From: Nitrospira japonica
GTDB taxonomy: Bacteria > Nitrospirota > Thermodesulfovibrionia > Thermodesulfovibrionales > SM23-35
Direction: 5' to 3'
NCBI GenBank assembly: GCA_020725385.1
Contig: DYFC01000042.1
Coordinates: 1-33,970, forward strand
DNA: 33,970 nt
A model generated the notes under the pieces. It searched no databases, was not told the origin of the DNA, and saw only the letters and a program-made list of their open reading frames with translations. The position numbers were made by a program, and so were the translations under genes. Shown one piece after another: positions 29,868-33,970 of this stretch. Each line of letters starts with the position of its first letter. The first letter of the stretch is position 1.

Positions 29868-30761
29868 ATGAATTATTTTAATTTAAAGACCTTATTACTA
29901 TTAATACTTATAATTTTTTTCATTTCCTGTTCTTCTGAAAAGCCATCAGAGACGATTCAGACAGGAGGACAAAGTACTGTAGAAACTCCTATTACTTCGA
30001 AATCACTTGAGATTACGCCTGTTAATCCTACCCGGAAGACTCCTATTTATGCGATACCCCATGGTTTCCAGTTTTCGGATGCAAAGATTGAATGGCTTGT
30101 AAATGGAATTATTGTTGAATCACAGGGACCAGAACAATTCAATCCTTCGGAAACTAAAAAAGGTGACAGTATTCAGGCAAAAGCAACAATCGAAGGGAAA
30201 GAAGTTTTTTCAAATATTGTACAGATTAAAAACTCTCCGCCTGAACTGAAAAAAGTAAAAATTCTTCCGGATGATATACATCCCGGGGACACACTTAGTG
30301 TTGATGTAGAAGGATACGACCCTGATGGAGATGAAATTAGCTATGAATATGAATGGAAAATAAATGGCGAACCAGCAGGAAATAAATCAACCATAGATGG
30401 AAGAGTAAAAAGAGGTGACAAAATCACATTGACTATAACACCTTTTGATGGTGAGGAAAAAGGCAGGGCTATATTTCTTCAAAGAGATATAGGCAATATG
30501 CCACCTAAAATATTGGATAACAGGAAATTTAATTTTGATGGTAAAATTTTTACCTTTCAAATAATAGCTTCTGACCCGGACGGAGATAATCTTACTTATT
30601 CACTTAAATCAAATCCAAAAGGCATGACTATTAATCCTTCAAACGGTCTAATTCACTGGAATATCCCTTCAGATTTCAAAGGAAAAATAGCTTTTACTGT
30701 TTCGGTGTCTGATGGACACGGCGGGGAGACCCTTCAGAGCTTTAATCTTGATATAAAATAA
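29868..30761 (+). CDS. Lipoprotein with tandem Ig/cadherin-like domains
   Basis: Lipobox FISC; repeated NxPP...DPDGD..Y motifs; C-terminal He_PIG-like PKGMTINPSNGLIHW..VSVSDGHGG. Confidence 0.85.
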   Translation: MNYFNLKTLLLLILIIFFISCSSEKPSETIQTGGQSTVETPITSKSLEITPVNPTRKTPIYAIPHGFQFSDAKIEWLVNGIIVESQGPEQFNPSETKKGDSIQAKATIEGKEVFSNIVQIKNSPPELKKVKILPDDIHPGDTLSVDVEGYDPDGDEISYEYEWKINGEPAGNKSTIDGRVKRGDKITLTITPFDGEEKGRAIFLQRDIGNMPPKILDNRKFNFDGKIFTFQIIASDPDGDNLTYSLKSNPKGMTINPSNGLIHWNIPSDFKGKIAFTVSVSDGHGGETLQSFNLDIK

Positions 30762-30804
30762 GTTTCCCGTTATTGAATTAGTCATACTCTGAATTGTTTT
30801 CTGG

Positions 30805-30833
30805 TTGATTCAAAATCTATTTTTCGCTATTAT
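30805..30833 (+). promoter_or_regulatory. Putative sigma70 promoter of the TA operon
   Basis: TTGATT, 17 nt, TATTAT, 32 nt upstream of the MNT gene. Confidence 0.55.
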
Positions 30834-30865
30834 TTAAGTTGGAATTTTATTAGGTCAAATAACGG

Positions 30866-31261
30866 GTGATGAAAAAAAATATTTTTAGAAAATTCGGTAT
30901 TCTTGCAATATACCTTTTTGGTTCGATTGTTGAAGGCACGGAAACAAAAAATAGTGATATTGATATAGGAATTGTTTTTAAAGATCCTTTATGTATTGAT
31001 GATACACTCAATTTATATACAATGATTCAGAAAGAACTTTCAAACGTACTGAAAATAGATAAAAAAAGGGAAATAGACATTGTTTTTTTACAAAAAGCCA
31101 GTTTGCCTGTTCAATATAATGCAATAATAAATGGTAAAGTAATATATGAGGATGATGCTTTTGAAAGGCTCAATTATGAAGAAAATATTATTAACCATTA
31201 TATGGACTTTAAGCCATTTTTAGAATATTTTGATAAAATGCTAATAAAACGGTATTTATAA
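30866..31261 (+). CDS. mntA: Minimal nucleotidyltransferase antitoxin (MntA-type, type VII TA)
   Basis: GS-X10-DxD motif (GSIVEGTETKNSDID) and third Asp in IDIV; TAATG overlap with the HEPN gene. Confidence 0.88.
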   Translation: MMKKNIFRKFGILAIYLFGSIVEGTETKNSDIDIGIVFKDPLCIDDTLNLYTMIQKELSNVLKIDKKREIDIVFLQKASLPVQYNAIINGKVIYEDDAFERLNYEENIINHYMDFKPFLEYFDKMLIKRYL

Positions 31262-31722
31262 TGAGAAAAATTGCTTTGAATAAAGAAATAATTACTACAA
31301 GATTGACATATATAGAAGAAGCTATAAAAAGTCTTGAAAGATTCAAAGGCATTACTTTTAAAGAGTTTGCATCAAATCCTGATAATTTTCGAATAGCATT
31401 TTTTGATTTACACAGGGCATTAGAGGCTATGATGGACATTGGTTCGCACATTTTATCAAGAATTCCAGGAGCGAGAGCTACTTCATACAAAGAAATACCA
31501 TTACTGTTGAAGAAACACAAAATTATACCTGATGAATTTGCAGAAAATGCTTTTTTAAAAATGGCAGGATACAGAAATCGTATGGTTCATTTTTATTCAG
31601 AAATTACTAAAAAAGAACTTTATAACATTATCCAGCATAATCTAAAAGATTTTGAAAAATTTTGTTTTTATATCTTAAAAATCATAAATAGCCCTATGAA
31701 ATATGGTTTTTCAGTGAAATAG
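31261..31722 (+). CDS. hepT: HEPN/DUF86 ribonuclease toxin (HepT-type)
   Basis: R-X4-H-X-Y motif (RNRMVHFY), DIGSHI, SYKE. Confidence 0.88.
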   Translation: MRKIALNKEIITTRLTYIEEAIKSLERFKGITFKEFASNPDNFRIAFFDLHRALEAMMDIGSHILSRIPGARATSYKEIPLLLKKHKIIPDEFAENAFLKMAGYRNRMVHFYSEITKKELYNIIQHNLKDFEKFCFYILKIINSPMKYGFSVK

Positions 31723-31738
31723 TAAATATCAAATAATT

Positions 31739-33970
31739 ATGAAAAAAAACACTGCTATTTTAATTGCTTTGATATTAACCATCATTATTGTTCTGTCCGG
31801 ATACCTGTACTTCAGATCTGAAGTAAAAGTGCTACTCAAACATAGGCACGAAGATTTGAAAGCTATTTCTGAATTAAAATCAGGTCAGATTGAAAAATGG
31901 TTTCATGACAGACTTGGAGATGCACGTACAATTTCAGGCTCTCCTTTTATGAAAAGAGCTTTTAGTCAATTAATCAAAAATCCAGAAGATATTTCTCTGA
32001 GAGATGATATTTTAAAAAGATTATCCCTTGCCCAAAAAAATTGGGGATATGAAAATATTCTGGTTGTCTCTACGAAGAATAAAGTGTTGCTTTCTCTTGA
32101 CCCTCATTGTAAAGAAATTAGTTCTGAAACAATAGAAAAGATTAACCAGGCATTTGAAAGACATGAAGTTTTATTTACCGATTTCTATTATTGTAACCTG
32201 CATAGAAGAATTCATCTTGATTTTATCGCTCCTGTACTGGTTGAAAATAAAACACCGGTTGTTTTATTAGTGTTCCGGATTTCACCGGATGAATATCTAT
32301 TTCCTCTAATTCAGTCATGGCCTACCCCAAGTAAAACAGCAGAAACTTTGCTTGTCAGAAAAGATGGAGACAATGTTCTTTTTCTTAATGAACTAAGACA
32401 CAGAAAAAATACAGCATTGAAACTAAGAATACCTTTAACTAAAAAGGAAGTTCCTGCTGTACAGGCAGCATTAGGATATGAAGGAATTTTTGAAGGAAAG
32501 GATTACAGGGGAGTTGATGTACTTGCTGATATTAAAAAGATAAAAGATACTCCATGGTATATGGTAGCAAAGGTTGATAAAAAAGAAATTTACGCAGAAA
32601 TATATCAAAGAGCTGTTACAGTTATAGTTTTTATTATTCTATTGGTTCTTCTGATGGTAATTGCAACTTCAAGGTTTTATTATTCAAGACAGAGGGATAT
32701 TTATCGCCAGTTGTTTTTAAAAGAGAAATCTTTAAGAGAGGCTCATGAGGAATTTGAGATTACACTAAATTCTATTGGAGATGCTGTTATTACAACCGAT
32801 ACTAAAGGAAATATTAAATTTATTAATCCTGTTGCTGAAAGATTAACAGGCTGGAATGAAGCCGAGGCAAAAGGGAAAAATATAGAAGAAGTTTTTAGGA
32901 TAATTAATGAAAAGACAAGAGATAGGGTTGCAAATCCTGTACAAAGGGTCTTAAAAGAGGGTTTGGTTGTAGGGCTTGCCAATCATACTTTATTAATTTC
33001 GAAAGATGGAAGGGAAATTCCTATTGCTGACAGCGGTGCTCCTATTCATGATCAGGGAGGAATAATTGGTGTAGTCCTTGTATTCAGGGACCAAACAGAA
33101 GAAAGAGCATATCAAAAAGCATTGGAGCAAAGCGAAGAACAATTTAGAAAATTATTTGAAAAATCGCCTGCTGCAATTTATATATTTGACAAAGACACAG
33201 GGGAAATCATTGATGCAAATATAAATGCAATCAAAAGCTATGGTTTTACAACACTCGATGAACTGAAGAAAAATGAATTCTGGATTGAACCACCATATTC
33301 ATTCAATGATGCACTCGAATGGATTCGTAAAGCAGACAAAGAAGGCCCCCAGCGCTTTGAATGGCTTAACCGCAAAATAACAGGTGAAATATTCTGGGAA
33401 GATGTAAGGCTTAGTAAAATTAATATAAATGGTATCGACAGAATTCTTGCAACTACAATAGATATTACAGAGAAAAAGAAAACAGAGGAAAGATTGCGTG
33501 ATAGTGAAGAACTTTTCAGAAAATTATTTGAAGAACATGCTGCCATAAAACTTACAATTGATCCAGAGACTGGAAATATAATTGATGCCAATAAAGCAGC
33601 GGAGAAATTTTATGGCTGGAGTCGTGAAGAATTAAAGAAAATGAAGATACAGCAAATAAATACTCTACCTTCTGAAGAAGTAAAAAGAAAAATGGAAGAG
33701 GTTAAAGAGCAAAAAAGCACCCATTTTGAATTTAAACATAGACTTGCAGATGGTTCAATTAAAGATGTAGAAGTCTTCAGTAGTAAAATTGAATTAAAAG
33801 GAAAAGAATTACTCCACTCAATTATACATGACATTTCGGACCGGAAGAGACTCGAAGCACAGCTTATACAGGCACAGAAAATGGAAGCAATAGGCCAGCT
33901 TGCAGGAGGAATAGCGCATGACTTTAACAATATACTTTCAGCAATGGTAGGATTTGCACATATATTGAAG
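31739..33970 (+). CDS. Membrane sensor histidine kinase: TM, Cache-like periplasmic domain, TM, three PAS domains, HisKA (3'-truncated by the window)
   Basis: My manual translation is open from ATG 31739 to the window end: MKKNTAILIAL..., DYRGVDVL..PWYMVAKVD, SIGDAVITTD..INPVAERLTGW, two further PAS domains (IIDAN..YG), and H-box QKMEAIGQLAGGIAHDFNN. Confidence 0.93.
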   Translation, partial: MKKNTAILIALILTIIIVLSGYLYFRSEVKVLLKHRHEDLKAISELKSGQIEKWFHDRLGDARTISGSPFMKRAFSQLIKNPEDISLRDDILKRLSLAQKNWGYENILVVSTKNKVLLSLDPHCKEISSETIEKINQAFERHEVLFTDFYYCNLHRRIHLDFIAPVLVENKTPVVLLVFRISPDEYLFPLIQSWPTPSKTAETLLVRKDGDNVLFLNELRHRKNTALKLRIPLTKKEVPAVQAALGYEGIFEGKDYRGVDVLADIKKIKDTPWYMVAKVDKKEIYAEIYQRAVTVIVFIILLVLLMVIATSRFYYSRQRDIYRQLFLKEKSLREAHEEFEITLNSIGDAVITTDTKGNIKFINPVAERLTGWNEAEAKGKNIEEVFRIINEKTRDRVANPVQRVLKEGLVVGLANHTLLISKDGREIPIADSGAPIHDQGGIIGVVLVFRDQTEERAYQKALEQSEEQFRKLFEKSPAAIYIFDKDTGEIIDANINAIKSYGFTTLDELKKNEFWIEPPYSFNDALEWIRKADKEGPQRFEWLNRKITGEIFWEDVRLSKININGIDRILATTIDITEKKKTEERLRDSEELFRKLFEEHAAIKLTIDPETGNIIDANKAAEKFYGWSREELKKMKIQQINTLPSEEVKRKMEEVKEQKSTHFEFKHRLADGSIKDVEVFSSKIELKGKELLHSIIHDISDRKRLEAQLIQAQKMEAIGQLAGGIAHDFNNILSAMVGFAHILK

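Overview
AT-rich bacterial chromosome segment spanning the probable replication origin. Protein style and gene order suggest Nitrospirota (Thermodesulfovibrionia-like) or a deltaproteobacterial relative; this is inference only. Left to right: a small Zn-ribbon ORF, tRNA-Phe, lnt, prfB (with a programmed +1 frameshift the ORF track missed), a 310-bp candidate oriC, dnaA-dnaN-gyrB, hup, a lipoprotein, an FmdB-type Zn ribbon plus transaldolase, and HEAT / cNMP-binding / AI-2E genes. A minus-strand run follows (tadA-xseA-xseB-tRNA-Ser-radical SAM/DUF2344-rng-larE-CCG Fe-S protein), then an HD hydrolase. Next is a sigma54/IHF-preceded type IV pilus tip cluster (PilY2-like, pilY1, fimU, pilV, pilW, pilX, Ig-fold lipoprotein), an MntA-HepT toxin-antitoxin pair, and a Cache-3xPAS histidine kinase that runs off the window and is absent from the ORF track. 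The most striking observation is that the candidate origin has no canonical TTATCCACA box. It is instead tiled with a TTA(C/T)TAACA 9-mer and carries DnaA-trio-like repeats flanking an A/T-only tract, while the adjacent DnaA has substitutions in its base-reading residues. This suggests a co-evolved, re-coded initiator/origin pair. No CRISPR, rRNA, transposase or integrase was seen. All calls are by eye, without database searches.
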